Notes: a model not told the origin generated them from the sequence alone. A stretch of DNA of 24,000 nucleotides from Marinococcus luteus (GCF_900106595.1 NZ_FNNC01000004.1:124305-148304); one strand, 5' to 3'. Positions 8,501 to 15,849 are shown, counted from the first letter of the stretch. Numbers and translations: made by a program.

Positions 8501-8530
8501 AAAAAACCCGTGAACAGTAAAGGTCACGAG
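8501..8530 (-). terminator. Intrinsic terminator after dcd
   Basis: The minus strand reads CTCGTGA-cctttactgt-TCACGGG (7 bp including one G-U pair) followed by TTTTTT. Confidence 0.55.
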
Positions 8531-8579
8531 TCTTTTGAATCGTTATTTTTCATTTCAACTATGTATGGGCCACGCAGTT

Positions 8580-9116
8580 TTATTCATTTTCTTGATCCAA
8601 AAAGGCGTGACTTCCCATGGCATTGCGCTGCCCCTGGTATTTGCCCGCATAAGGGACGCCGGCTTTTTGATCCATCTCCGCAAAAACGAGTTGTGCGAGC
8701 CGCCTTCCAGACGTTAAACGAATAGGCAGCCGGTTGGCGTTATAAAGCTCAAGCGTAATTTCTCCTTCAAATCCCGGGTCCACCCAGCCGGCATTTTGAA
8801 TAAAGAGACCCATTCGCCCGATAGAGCTTCTTCCTTCCACAAAGGCGGTAATATGCTGGGGGAGTCTGATGTATTCCTTTGTGGTCGCAAGCAGAAACGA
8901 ATGCGGGGGAATAATCACCTGATCGCTTTCAAATTCGACATACTTAGCGGGCCGGTCCAGTTGAATGGACTCGATAGCGTTCTCGTCGATTTTTAGAAAG
9001 TGAGTACCCAGACGGATGTCCACCGATGCCGGCTGGATCTGATGGTCCTCTAATGGATCGATACTAAGATCGCCCTGTTCCATCATTGAGCGGATTGTTT
9101 GGTCGGAAAGTATCAC
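8580..9116 (-). CDS. dcd: dCTP deaminase
   Basis: I place the start at GTG 9114-9116, giving (M)ILSDQTIRSMMEQGDLSIDP, with GAAGGAGG 8 nt upstream. It also contains GWVDPGFEGEITLEL. The 16 upstream codons of the track ORF contain the SD itself. Confidence 0.85.
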   Translation of the reverse strand: MILSDQTIRSMMEQGDLSIDPLEDHQIQPASVDIRLGTHFLKIDENAIESIQLDRPAKYVEFESDQVIIPPHSFLLATTKEYIRLPQHITAFVEGRSSIGRMGLFIQNAGWVDPGFEGEITLELYNANRLPIRLTSGRRLAQLVFAEMDQKAGVPYAGKYQGQRNAMGSHAFLDQENE

Positions 9117-9150
9117 CAGCTCTTCCTCCTTCGCGTTTCTTTTCTTTCCC

Positions 9151-9180
9151 AGTATAAAGAACAATAAGGAAAAACGCCAA
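9151..9180 (-). promoter_or_regulatory. Candidate sigma-A promoter for dcd (TTGGCG-N18-TATACT)
   Basis: The minus strand reads gtgTTGGCGtttttccttattgttcttTATACTggg. Confidence 0.35.
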
Positions 9181-9225
9181 CACCGCGAAGACCGGAGATT
9201 ATTTTTACAGATTTATTATGACATG

Positions 9226-9260
9226 AAAAAGCACCCCTCAGGCGGAACCCAAGGGGTGCT
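9226..9260 (-). terminator. Intrinsic terminator after the IDEAL-domain gene
   Basis: The minus strand reads AGCACCCCT-tgggttccgcctg-AGGGGTGCT followed by TTTTTC. Confidence 0.7.
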
Positions 9261-9271
9261 TGTATAAACCT

Positions 9272-9565
9272 TTATTCAAATTCCAGCTCTAATTTATAGC
9301 CTTGTTCGAATAATACTTTGCCGTCTTTGTATTCGCTCATCAATTCTTTATAAGCTTCTGTCCATTCCTTAAAAGCTTTTTCATCATGCATATCCAGGGA
9401 GTCATCAATTTTGCGCAGAAGCCGCTCTCTGTTAAATTCAAACACAGCGTACTCCATCATCATTTGAGCATATAGAGACTGAAGAATCTGCCTTGAAGGT
9501 CTTCTTCCATTTTGAATTGGTTTCACTTTTTTCATAAAATGCTGCTCATGAGTTGGATGTAACAT
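9272..9565 (-). CDS. Small IDEAL-domain protein (97 aa); start uncertain
   Basis: The C-terminal half LYAQMMMEYAVFEFNRERLLRKIDDSLDMHDEKAFKEWTEAYKEL matches the IDEAL-domain pattern (cf. ...IDEALD..DKE.F..L) found in YpiB-type and small Bacillaceae proteins. I chose ATG 9563-9565 because GGGGG lies 10 nt upstream and a sigma-B-type promoter lies inside the longer track ORF (9272-9814). Confidence 0.6.
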   Translation of the reverse strand: MLHPTHEQHFMKKVKPIQNGRRPSRQILQSLYAQMMMEYAVFEFNRERLLRKIDDSLDMHDEKAFKEWTEAYKELMSEYKDGKVLFEQGYKLELEFE

Positions 9566-9692
9566 ATTCGTCGAACCCCCTGTTCTTATTGCAGCACCCA
9601 CCGGGCGCTGATCTTTTTTGAAGCGGGCGACGCGCGCATGGCCTCCCAATGCCTCTCTATTGATTGCCAGTAACTTTTGTGTGTACTGCACT

Positions 9693-9718
9693 ATACCCAC
9701 CTTTAACGCCAGTAAAAC
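9693..9718 (-). promoter_or_regulatory. Sigma-B-type promoter (GTTTTA-N14-GGGTAT) upstream of the IDEAL-domain gene
   Basis: The minus strand reads aattaGTTTTActggcgttaaaggtGGGTATagtg. The -10 is an exact consensus and the spacer is 14 nt. It implies a 5' leader of about 120 nt. Confidence 0.55.
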
Positions 9719-9846
9719 TAATTGTCCGACAACTCCGGGAAGAATAAAAAAATAATGTATCCGCTTACATAATTTCATTATAGACCATTTCCTGCAAAAA
9801 TTCGAGTTATACAATTGAAAAAATTCAGCGTAAACGAAAAATTTTG

Positions 9847-9876
9847 TTGAAAAAAGGGAACGTATATTCGTATAAT
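9847..9876 (+). promoter_or_regulatory. Sigma-A promoter (TTGAAA-N18-TATAAT) for the 9911 gene
   Basis: The plus strand reads gTTGAAAaaagggaacgtatattcgTATAATgg, 35 nt upstream of the ATG. Confidence 0.5.
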
Positions 9877-9910
9877 GGATTTAATCATATAACGGAAGGA
9901 GAGAACAGAA

Positions 9911-10303
9911 ATGGTGATGACCGAGAAAGAGCATATCGTTATCCATTATGCTGTCCTCCTTCCTATCGTGAAAAAAGTACTGGCACTCGATACCCAGGCG
10001 CTTAAATCTTCTGGCGTACGTCTGCAGGGACCCTATGAACGCTTATTTCAACAGGCTTTCGATGCTCTTCAGTACGACCTCTATCAGCTGCGACTCTACA
10101 TGCAAAAAAAGAATATGCAGATCGTTTTTGAAGAAAATGATGGTGTTTTCACGCATTACGTGTACTATTATAACAGCGGCTCGGGGCGTACCTCCCATTT
10201 AAATGCCAATTTAAAAAAGCAGACAGAGCGCTGTCTTCATCTTTATTTCTCCGGCCGTTCCGCTTTAACAGATGACGATGTCCTGCATCCGGCTTCTGTT
10301 TGA
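9911..10303 (+). CDS. Hypothetical protein (130 aa), family not recognised
   Basis: ORF with GGAAGGAG 9 nt upstream of ATG 9911. The sequence looks soluble and helical (MVMTEKEHIVIHYAVLLPIVKKVL...QLRLYMQKKNMQIVFEENDGVFTHYVYYYN). I saw no motif that I can name. Confidence 0.6.
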   Translation: MVMTEKEHIVIHYAVLLPIVKKVLALDTQALKSSGVRLQGPYERLFQQAFDALQYDLYQLRLYMQKKNMQIVFEENDGVFTHYVYYYNSGSGRTSHLNANLKKQTERCLHLYFSGRSALTDDDVLHPASV

Positions 10304-10328
10304 CAAATCATGGCGGCGGCGGTACATT
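10300..10328 (+). promoter_or_regulatory. Sigma-A promoter (TTGACA-N17-TACATT) for the ktrC-like gene
   Basis: TTGACA at 10300-10305 overlaps the upstream stop codon. The spacer is 17 nt, and TACATT lies at 10323-10328. Confidence 0.5.
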
Positions 10329-10382
10329 AACGGTACAATTACAGGAAAATGACCCCAAGCTTCGGAAAAAGGAGAAAGCCGT

Positions 10383-11036
10383 GTGAAAAAACAATTTGCC
10401 ATTATCGGTCTCGGGCGGTTCGGTGTCAGCGTCAGTACAGAATTGTACAAGCTCGGTCATGACGTGCTGGCCATTGACAACAATGAAGAAAAACTCGACG
10501 ACATTACCAATCATTCTACGTACAGTGCCGTCGCCGATGGTACAGATGAGAAAGAGCTAAGAAACCTGGGGATTACAAATTTTGATCACGTGATTGTCGC
10601 TATTGGTGATGATCTCCAGGCAAGCATTTTGTGCACTCTCTTACTAAAGGAGATGGATATCCCTTCGGTCTGGGTAAAAGCACAGAATTTTCACCACCAT
10701 AAAGTTCTCGATAAAATCGGAGCAGATAAGATTATCCACCCGGAGCATGACATGGGTAACCGTATTGCCCAACATCTCGTTTCCGACCGTGTCATCGACT
10801 ATATTGAACTCTCCGCAGAGTATTCCATTATAGAAATTACCGTCCCGGCGTCCATGCATAAAAAAACCCTGGCCCAACTTGACATCCGGGCCAAATTTGG
10901 CGTTACCATTCTGGGCATCCGCCGCGGCAAAGAGGTTAATATATCTCCAACAGCCCAGGACCGCCTATACAAAGAAGACGTGCTTATTGCTATCGGCCAC
11001 AATAACGACCTGCGGCGGTTTGAAGAGACAAACTAA
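10383..11036 (+). CDS. ktrC: K+ uptake regulatory RCK/TrkA-type subunit (KtrA/KtrC family), stand-alone
   Basis: 217 aa with a GTG start after AAAGGAGAAAG. It contains the Rossmann motif FAIIGLGRFG (RCK_N) and a C-terminal RCK_C segment (LAQLDIRAKFGVTILGIRRG). No ktrB/ktrD membrane partner lies adjacent, as for B. subtilis ktrC. Confidence 0.85.
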   Translation: MKKQFAIIGLGRFGVSVSTELYKLGHDVLAIDNNEEKLDDITNHSTYSAVADGTDEKELRNLGITNFDHVIVAIGDDLQASILCTLLLKEMDIPSVWVKAQNFHHHKVLDKIGADKIIHPEHDMGNRIAQHLVSDRVIDYIELSAEYSIIEITVPASMHKKTLAQLDIRAKFGVTILGIRRGKEVNISPTAQDRLYKEDVLIAIGHNNDLRRFEETN

Positions 11037-11053
11037 CCTTTAGATTATGAAAA

Positions 11054-11089
11054 GAAGCAGCATCCCCATATCAACAGGGCTGCTGCTTT
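11054..11089. terminator. Bidirectional terminator between ktrC-like and nsrR
   Basis: AAGCAGCAtCCC-cataTCAACA-GGGcTGCTGCTT forms 7+3 bp with one mismatch. U-rich tails are present on both strands. Confidence 0.6.
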
Positions 11090-11162
11090 ATTATGTATAA
11101 TTGGTTTCCTGGATGATTAACGAATGTCACCGTGACCGGGGCAAGCACGATGATATCTTTTC

Positions 11163-11636
11163 TTAAGAAAAAGAAATCGGCGGCTGATTTTTTGCCGTTG
11201 AAGCTGCAAACAGGCCATGAAGCATTTCCTTGTTCGCTGTGATGTCTTTGACCGTATACTTATCGAGCACCGACAAATACGCTTTCAGAGCCTCTCCCAA
11301 AACACCCTGGAGTCGGCATCTGCCTGCTAAAATGCACTGGTTCGATTCCGGATCAAAGCATTCCACAAGCGTCAGATTATCTTCTGTCTGCCTTACAAGC
11401 CAGCCAATGTTGATTTCCTCCGGTTCTTTGGCCAAACGAATTCCTCCGTTCCTGCCTTTCACCGTGTGAATGACGCCAAGCTTCGACAGCTCATGCCCAA
11501 CCTTAGTCAGATGGTTGTACGAAATGGAGTATGCAGTCGATATTTGCTTAATACTATGCAGAGACTCGTCTTCATCATGAGCGGCCAGGTACATTACCAT
11601 CCGTAATGCATAATCCGTATAGGTTGTTAACTGCAA
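11163..11636 (-). CDS. nsrR: Rrf2-family [Fe-S] transcriptional regulator, NsrR-like (NO-responsive)
   Basis: 157 aa with a TTG start and AAAGGAG 8 nt upstream. It begins MQLTTYTDYALRMVMYLAA. The wHTH segment reads IKQISTAYSISYNHLTKV. The three-cysteine cluster ECFDPESNQCILAGRCRL has the spacing seen in B. subtilis NsrR. Confidence 0.8.
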   Translation of the reverse strand: MQLTTYTDYALRMVMYLAAHDEDESLHSIKQISTAYSISYNHLTKVGHELSKLGVIHTVKGRNGGIRLAKEPEEINIGWLVRQTEDNLTLVECFDPESNQCILAGRCRLQGVLGEALKAYLSVLDKYTVKDITANKEMLHGLFAASTAKNQPPISFS

Positions 11637-11711
11637 AGCCCTCGCTCCTTTTCATCCAGGATAGTGATAGTTTATCACACCCTGTAAATGTTAATCTAAT
11701 TAACTGCCCAC

Positions 11712-11737
11712 AAAAAAAGAAGAGACAACGTCTCCTC
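11712..11737 (-). terminator. Intrinsic terminator after mgtE
   Basis: The minus strand reads GGAGAC-gtt-GTCTCT followed by tcTTTTTTTg. The stem is short but the U-run is long. Confidence 0.5.
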
Positions 11738-11768
11738 CTTTCACTATTCTTTTTAGAAAAAACCGTCC

Positions 11769-13127
11769 TTAAATGCTCTGGATAAGCGACGAAGCTACCG
11801 TGAAATAAATCAGCAGGCTGATAATATCAGTGAGCGTTGTAATGAACGGTCCTGAAGCAATGGCAGGGTCGAGCTTCAGTTTGTTGATTACAAGCGGCAC
11901 AAGCGTACCGATAACACTCGCCATCCCAAGTGAAATCATGATGGAAAAGCCGACAATTACTCCTATCAGGGGCTCGCCGTAAAAAAGATACAATAAGATC
12001 GTAATCACAATGCCTGAGGCTACCCCAATCATGATGCCTGTGGAAAATTCCCGGCTGATCGTACGCCACAGCCCTTTTCGTTCAATGTTTCCCGTTGCAA
12101 GCGCACGTACGGATACAGCAAGCGACTGCGTGCCCGTGTTTCCGGCCGATCCCATAATCATCGGGATAAACGCTGCAAGCAGAACGACACTTTCGAGGGT
12201 ACTTTCAAACCAGCCGATTACCTGGGCTGTAAACAGTCCTAAAAACATCAGCAGAATAATCCAGGGAGCACGGAGTCTCGCTGCTTTAAATGCATTTACG
12301 CTCACATCTGTGGAACCACGGGACCCGGAGATTTCTCCAATGTCTTCCGACGCTTCTTCTGCAAGCACATCGAGTGCATCATCCACGGTTACAATTCCCG
12401 CGAGCCTTCCTTCACTGTCTATAACAGGCGTTGCCAGAAAATCATACTTCTGTATCAGCTGGGCGACCTCTTCCTGATCATCCTCTACATGGACAGACAC
12501 GACCCGGCTGCTCATTACCTCAGAAACAGTACGGTCTGAGTCCGCTACAATCAAGTCGCGGATCGAAGCAACACCAGCCAGTTTCTCCTCTTCATCCACT
12601 ACGTACAGATAATAGATCGTTTCTGCGTCCGGGCCCTCCCGCCGGAGGTGATCAATCACTTCATCGATTGTATCCGTTGCTTTGATAGAAACAAATTCTT
12701 TTGTCATGATGGCCCCGGCCGTTTTATCTTCATAGGCCAAAAGCTCCCGGACGTCGTTGGCGTCCTCCTGATCCATTGCCTGCAGAATATGTGTCATCTG
12801 CCTCGGCTCAAGCTCTCCCAGAAAGTCGGCAACATCATCTGCATACATATTGTTGTATACTTCAGCAGCATACTGATCGTTCAGCTGCAGGGCTACTTCT
12901 TTTTGCACTTCGGGTTCAAAGCTGTCAAATACTTCAGCGAATTCTTCCGGAGACAAAAACTCGTAAACCACTGCCCGTTCTTCATCAAGCTCCAGAAAAA
13001 CTTCTGCCTGATCCGCAGGGTGCAAATCCAAAAATAATTCACGAAACGCTTCCATGCGCTCCTGCTGCAGAGACTTCGCTATTAATTCCACGAACTCTTC
13101 CCGTGCCTGTTCGTTTAATTTCTCCAT
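11769..13127 (-). CDS. mgtE: Magnesium transporter MgtE
   Basis: 452 aa from ATG 13125-13127, with GGAGAGGAGG upstream. It has the N-domain, tandem CBS domains and a TM domain with GSAGNTGTQSLAV. An M-box lies upstream. Confidence 0.9.
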   Translation of the reverse strand: MEKLNEQAREEFVELIAKSLQQERMEAFRELFLDLHPADQAEVFLELDEERAVVYEFLSPEEFAEVFDSFEPEVQKEVALQLNDQYAAEVYNNMYADDVADFLGELEPRQMTHILQAMDQEDANDVRELLAYEDKTAGAIMTKEFVSIKATDTIDEVIDHLRREGPDAETIYYLYVVDEEEKLAGVASIRDLIVADSDRTVSEVMSSRVVSVHVEDDQEEVAQLIQKYDFLATPVIDSEGRLAGIVTVDDALDVLAEEASEDIGEISGSRGSTDVSVNAFKAARLRAPWIILLMFLGLFTAQVIGWFESTLESVVLLAAFIPMIMGSAGNTGTQSLAVSVRALATGNIERKGLWRTISREFSTGIMIGVASGIVITILLYLFYGEPLIGVIVGFSIMISLGMASVIGTLVPLVINKLKLDPAIASGPFITTLTDIISLLIYFTVASSLIQSI

Positions 13128-13188
13128 CCTTTTTCCTCCTCTCCAGGCCAGGCAGCTGTACTTCTTCCGCCTGACACTTATTTCAAAC

Positions 13189-13410
13189 AAAAAACGCCTT
13201 CCACCGTTGGGAAGACGTGCATAATCAGCCAGTCATCGTATATGCCCGTTCTGTTCCCTTTCGTCGAGCTTTAGCACTGCATAGCGTAGGAATGTATTAT
13301 CCAGCTTCATTAGAAAACACCTTAATTCGATGGATTCTGTTGACCCATTGGCGTCTTTAGACATTTTTGGGCAGAAGCTTATATCTACACAGGAGCCTCA
13401 CCTAACGAGA
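13189..13410 (-). promoter_or_regulatory. M-box (ykoK-type) Mg2+ riboswitch with terminator expression platform
   Basis: The minus strand reads CGTTAGGTGAGGCTCCTGT...CTGCCCAAAAATGTCTAAAGACGCCAATGGGTCAACAGAA...AAGGTG...GCTGGAT...CAGTGCTAAAGCTCGACGAAAGGG. This is near-identical in its conserved blocks to the B. subtilis mgtE M-box. It is followed by CGTCTTCC-caacggt-GGAAGGCG plus TTTTTT (13189-13218). Confidence 0.9.
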
Positions 13411-13438
13411 TTATAAATAGCAGTAACGTTGAATATAA
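13410..13438 (-). promoter_or_regulatory. Promoter of the M-box/mgtE transcript (TTATAT-N17-TATAAT)
   Basis: TATAAT (complement of 13410-13415) sits immediately upstream of the first conserved M-box nucleotides. The -35 is weak and lies inside the palindrome listed next. Confidence 0.45.
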
Positions 13439-13444
13439 CGTTAC
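13423..13444. repeat. Perfect inverted repeat GTAACGTT-gaatat-AACGTTAC
   Basis: 8-bp arms, 6-bp spacer, no mismatches, read directly from the sequence. It sits in the divergent mgtE / LCP intergenic region. Confidence 0.9.
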
Positions 13445-13550
13445 GCTCTTTGTTTGTCAACGCAGGGAGCACCCTTTTCTACTGGATATATTCCCTTTTC
13501 TGCCGATATAAAAATAGAGATTTTGACTTTTACAGACAGGATGTCCAACT

Positions 13551-14447
13551 ATGCGAAACGTATACTTGTTTTTTATGATCACTTTCCTGCTCACATGCTT
13601 CTTATCTCTCGGCGGTCTCTTTTACTATTATTACACTATCACTGCCGGCCAAAAAGAGAAAATCACCCTGGAAACCGCTCCCGAGGATTCTTCTACTGTT
13701 TCCGGACCACAGATTATTCTGATAGCGGGTACAGATAAAGAAGAAACAGCTTCCCGCGCTGATGTAATTATGATTATCTCTATCCATTCCGGTAACGAAT
13801 CCACGCTGCTGTTTAATATTCCAAGAGATACTAAGGTCTCCATTCCAGGAAGAGACGGTACGGATAAAATAAATCATGCCTACAGATATGCAGGGATGCC
13901 TTTACTAAAGAAAACAGCGGAAGAGTTTCTCGACACCCCCATCGATTTTACCGTAGAAGCTGATATGAAAGGATTCCGGGAGGTGGTTGATGCTTACGGC
14001 GGGGTTACAGTGCAAAACGATTTGGAATTCGTCAAGGACGAAGGAGACCCTTTCACCTACACGAAGGGAAATCTCCAATTAAATGGCGATCAGGCCTTAT
14101 ACTACGTCCGTATGCGCAAGCAGGACCCGAGGGGGGACCTGGGACGGAATCTCCGCCAGCAGCAGGTCCTCGAAGCGCTGCTTGAAAAAGCAAAGAGTCC
14201 GGCGACTCTTCAAAAAGCGGAAGAACTGCTTTACGCCCTCGGTGACCACATACACATGGATATGACTTTCCGGGATATCCGCAGCTTTTCTTATCACTAT
14301 ACGCCTGCCCTCACCCAGATCCAGACGACTGAAATTCAGGGAGTTTCTGCTGAAGAGAATGGGATAAGCTATTATCTCGTCTCTTCGGAAGAGCAAGGGA
14401 AAGCACAGCTCCGCCTGGATCGTCACCAGGCCGGCAAAAGCTACTGA
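13551..14447 (+). CDS. LytR-CpsA-Psr (LCP) family cell-wall polymer phosphotransferase
   Basis: 298 aa with an N-terminal TM anchor. The LCP core reads IILIAGTDKEETASRADVIMIISI...LFNIPRDTKVSIPGRDGTDKINHAYRYAG...VEADMKGFREVVDAYGGVTV. The SD is weak (gacagg). Confidence 0.85.
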   Translation: MRNVYLFFMITFLLTCFLSLGGLFYYYYTITAGQKEKITLETAPEDSSTVSGPQIILIAGTDKEETASRADVIMIISIHSGNESTLLFNIPRDTKVSIPGRDGTDKINHAYRYAGMPLLKKTAEEFLDTPIDFTVEADMKGFREVVDAYGGVTVQNDLEFVKDEGDPFTYTKGNLQLNGDQALYYVRMRKQDPRGDLGRNLRQQQVLEALLEKAKSPATLQKAEELLYALGDHIHMDMTFRDIRSFSYHYTPALTQIQTTEIQGVSAEENGISYYLVSSEEQGKAQLRLDRHQAGKSY

Positions 14448-14474
14448 CGTTTCTGGTCCTCCGGCTCAGAATTT

Positions 14475-15074
14475 TTATTCCTCAACGGCTTCACTTCGTT
14501 TCCAAATAAGAAAGGAAACCGCATTGTATCCGGCATGGGCAGCCGCAGCTCCCCACAGCGTTCCCTGCCATAAAAGCAGGCCGCCGAGCAGAAGGCCCAG
14601 GGCAAAAATCCACGCATGAATCAGCTGTTGGCCGGCGTATTGAGGCACATGCACCAGCATGAAAATAAATGAAGTAACGCATAAAGCAAAGATATCCGGC
14701 AGTACAAGCACCAGTGTTCCGAGCACTGCTGCCCGAAACAATATTTCTTCTGACACCGCCGCTCCGGCTGTTACGGCCCAAAAGCTCCCCCGTCGGCGGA
14801 TCAGTTCTTTTAAGAGATCAGTATATGTATTGTCCGGCACGGAAAACCACTGCTTTTTGTATGCCCCCCAGGTGAAAAACCCTGCCGCTATTCCCGTGCA
14901 GGCTCCGGTGAAACTATCGGCAGCAGCCGTATTAAAGGGAAACAGGCTGCTTATGTACATTAAAGTCTCCCCCTGAAACACAGCAGCAATGATAACAATA
15001 CCAACTGCAAACAGCAGGAAAAAGTTTAACCATAGGGCTCCTCCAGAAATCCGGGGGCCTGAACTGTTCATCAT
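14475..15074 (-). CDS. CPBP-family (CAAX/Abi-type) intramembrane metalloprotease
   Basis: 199 aa from ATG 15072-15074, with GGAGGGAG upstream. The motifs are EEILFRAAVLG, FMLVHVPQY and AAAHAGYNAVSF (EExxxR, FxxxH, HxxxN). Confidence 0.8.
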   Translation of the reverse strand: MMNSSGPRISGGALWLNFFLLFAVGIVIIAAVFQGETLMYISSLFPFNTAAADSFTGACTGIAAGFFTWGAYKKQWFSVPDNTYTDLLKELIRRRGSFWAVTAGAAVSEEILFRAAVLGTLVLVLPDIFALCVTSFIFMLVHVPQYAGQQLIHAWIFALGLLLGGLLLWQGTLWGAAAAHAGYNAVSFLIWKRSEAVEE

Positions 15075-15103
15075 GGCTGCTCTCCCTCCTACGGTCATTA
15101 TGT

Positions 15104-15137
15104 AAAAACAGCCGGCTGTGCAGGGCCGGCTGTTTGC
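15104..15137 (-). terminator. Intrinsic terminator after the SDR gene
   Basis: AAACAGCCGGC-tgtgcagg-GCCGGCTGTTT is an 11-bp stem, with a T-run on the minus strand. Confidence 0.7.
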
Positions 15138-15145
15138 TTTCCTTC

Positions 15146-15784
15146 TTATAATTCGTTGAGTGCTGCAATAATTTCCTGGTCGCCGCTGATCAGATCAAAC
15201 TTTTTGCGGATAGTACCAGGCGTGTCCAGAGATGCTGCGATTACTTTTGCCACATCGGCACGTGGAATTTCGCCTTTTTCATTCAGTTTTTGTTTTAACT
15301 GTACGGTTCCGCTCGGGTCATCGTTTGTGAGCACTCCCGGCCGTACAATGGTGTAGTCAAGGCCGCTTTCTTCAAGGTAGTCATCGGCTACGCGTTTAGC
15401 AATAAAGTAATGACGCATTTTTTCCGGACCGTTCTCCGGCTCATCCGTATTCATCGAACTTACCTGGATGAAGCGTTTCACCCCGTGGGCCTTGGAGGCT
15501 TCTACCGATTTTCTCGAACCCCACAAGTCAATAATGGTGGTTTTATCCGGTCCTGTATGGCCGCCTGACCCAGCAGCAAAGACGGCTGCATCTTTGCCGG
15601 CAAACGCATCGGAAATATCTCCTTCCAGATCACGGACTAGCGTTTCGTCCGCTCCAAGGCTCTTCAGTTCTTCTGATTGTTCTTCTTTTCTAATTAACGC
15701 CGTTACATGGTGATCCGTTTCCTTCAATTCCTCCACCAGGTGGCGTGCAATTTTTCCGTTTGCCCCAATTACAAGTACGTTCAT
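15146..15784 (-). CDS. NAD(P)-binding atypical SDR / NmrA-like oxidoreductase (YhfK-like)
   Basis: 212 aa from ATG 15782-15784, with GAAGGAGG upstream. The N-terminus reads MNVLVIGANGKIARHLVEEL (GxxGxxG). Length and layout resemble B. subtilis YhfK-type proteins. Confidence 0.8.
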   Translation of the reverse strand: MNVLVIGANGKIARHLVEELKETDHHVTALIRKEEQSEELKSLGADETLVRDLEGDISDAFAGKDAAVFAAGSGGHTGPDKTTIIDLWGSRKSVEASKAHGVKRFIQVSSMNTDEPENGPEKMRHYFIAKRVADDYLEESGLDYTIVRPGVLTNDDPSGTVQLKQKLNEKGEIPRADVAKVIAASLDTPGTIRKKFDLISGDQEIIAALNEL

Positions 15785-15819
15785 TGTAAATCCTCCTTCG
15801 ATTAACATTCCATGGTGAT

Positions 15820-15845
15820 ATTCCCATAACCTCCATAAAATAAAC
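15820..15845 (-). promoter_or_regulatory. Sigma-B-type promoter (GTTTAT-N14-GGGAAT) for the SDR gene
   Basis: The minus strand reads ctgtGTTTATtttatggaggttatGGGAATatcacc, with the -10 about 36 nt upstream of the ATG. Confidence 0.6.
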
Positions 15846-15849
15846 ACAG

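Noticed and set aside
9586-9639. A 17-codon upstream ORF (MRASPASKKISARWVLQ) in the same leader, preceded by GGGAGG
   Set aside because: The SD ends only 2 nt before the ATG, which is too close for initiation. The peptide has no recognisable leader-peptide logic.
9566-9700. A possible T-box or other named riboswitch in the GC-rich leader of the IDEAL-domain gene (contains AGAGAGG and GGTGGGTG, reminiscent of T-box elements)
   Set aside because: There is no proper T-box sequence (AAUUAGGGUGGUACCGCG-like), no specifier-loop architecture and no terminator/antiterminator pair. The only hairpin followed by a U-run here reads as a terminator on the opposite (plus) strand. I could not match any class I know, so it stays unclassified in the findings.
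10304-10382. A c-di-AMP (ydaO-type) riboswitch upstream of the K+ uptake gene
   Set aside because: The promoter at 10300-10328 leaves a leader of only about 50 nt with no conserved ydaO blocks. In B. subtilis that riboswitch precedes ktrAB and kimA, not ktrC.
12010-13174. Several 84-155-aa plus-strand ORFs antisense to mgtE
   Set aside because: They are shadow frames of a confidently identified gene, with no ribosome-binding sites and low-complexity Ser/Pro/Arg-rich translations.
13454-13738. 94-aa plus-strand ORF overlapping the LCP gene start in another frame
   Set aside because: It begins in the promoter region without an SD. The overlapping frame encodes a clear LCP protein.
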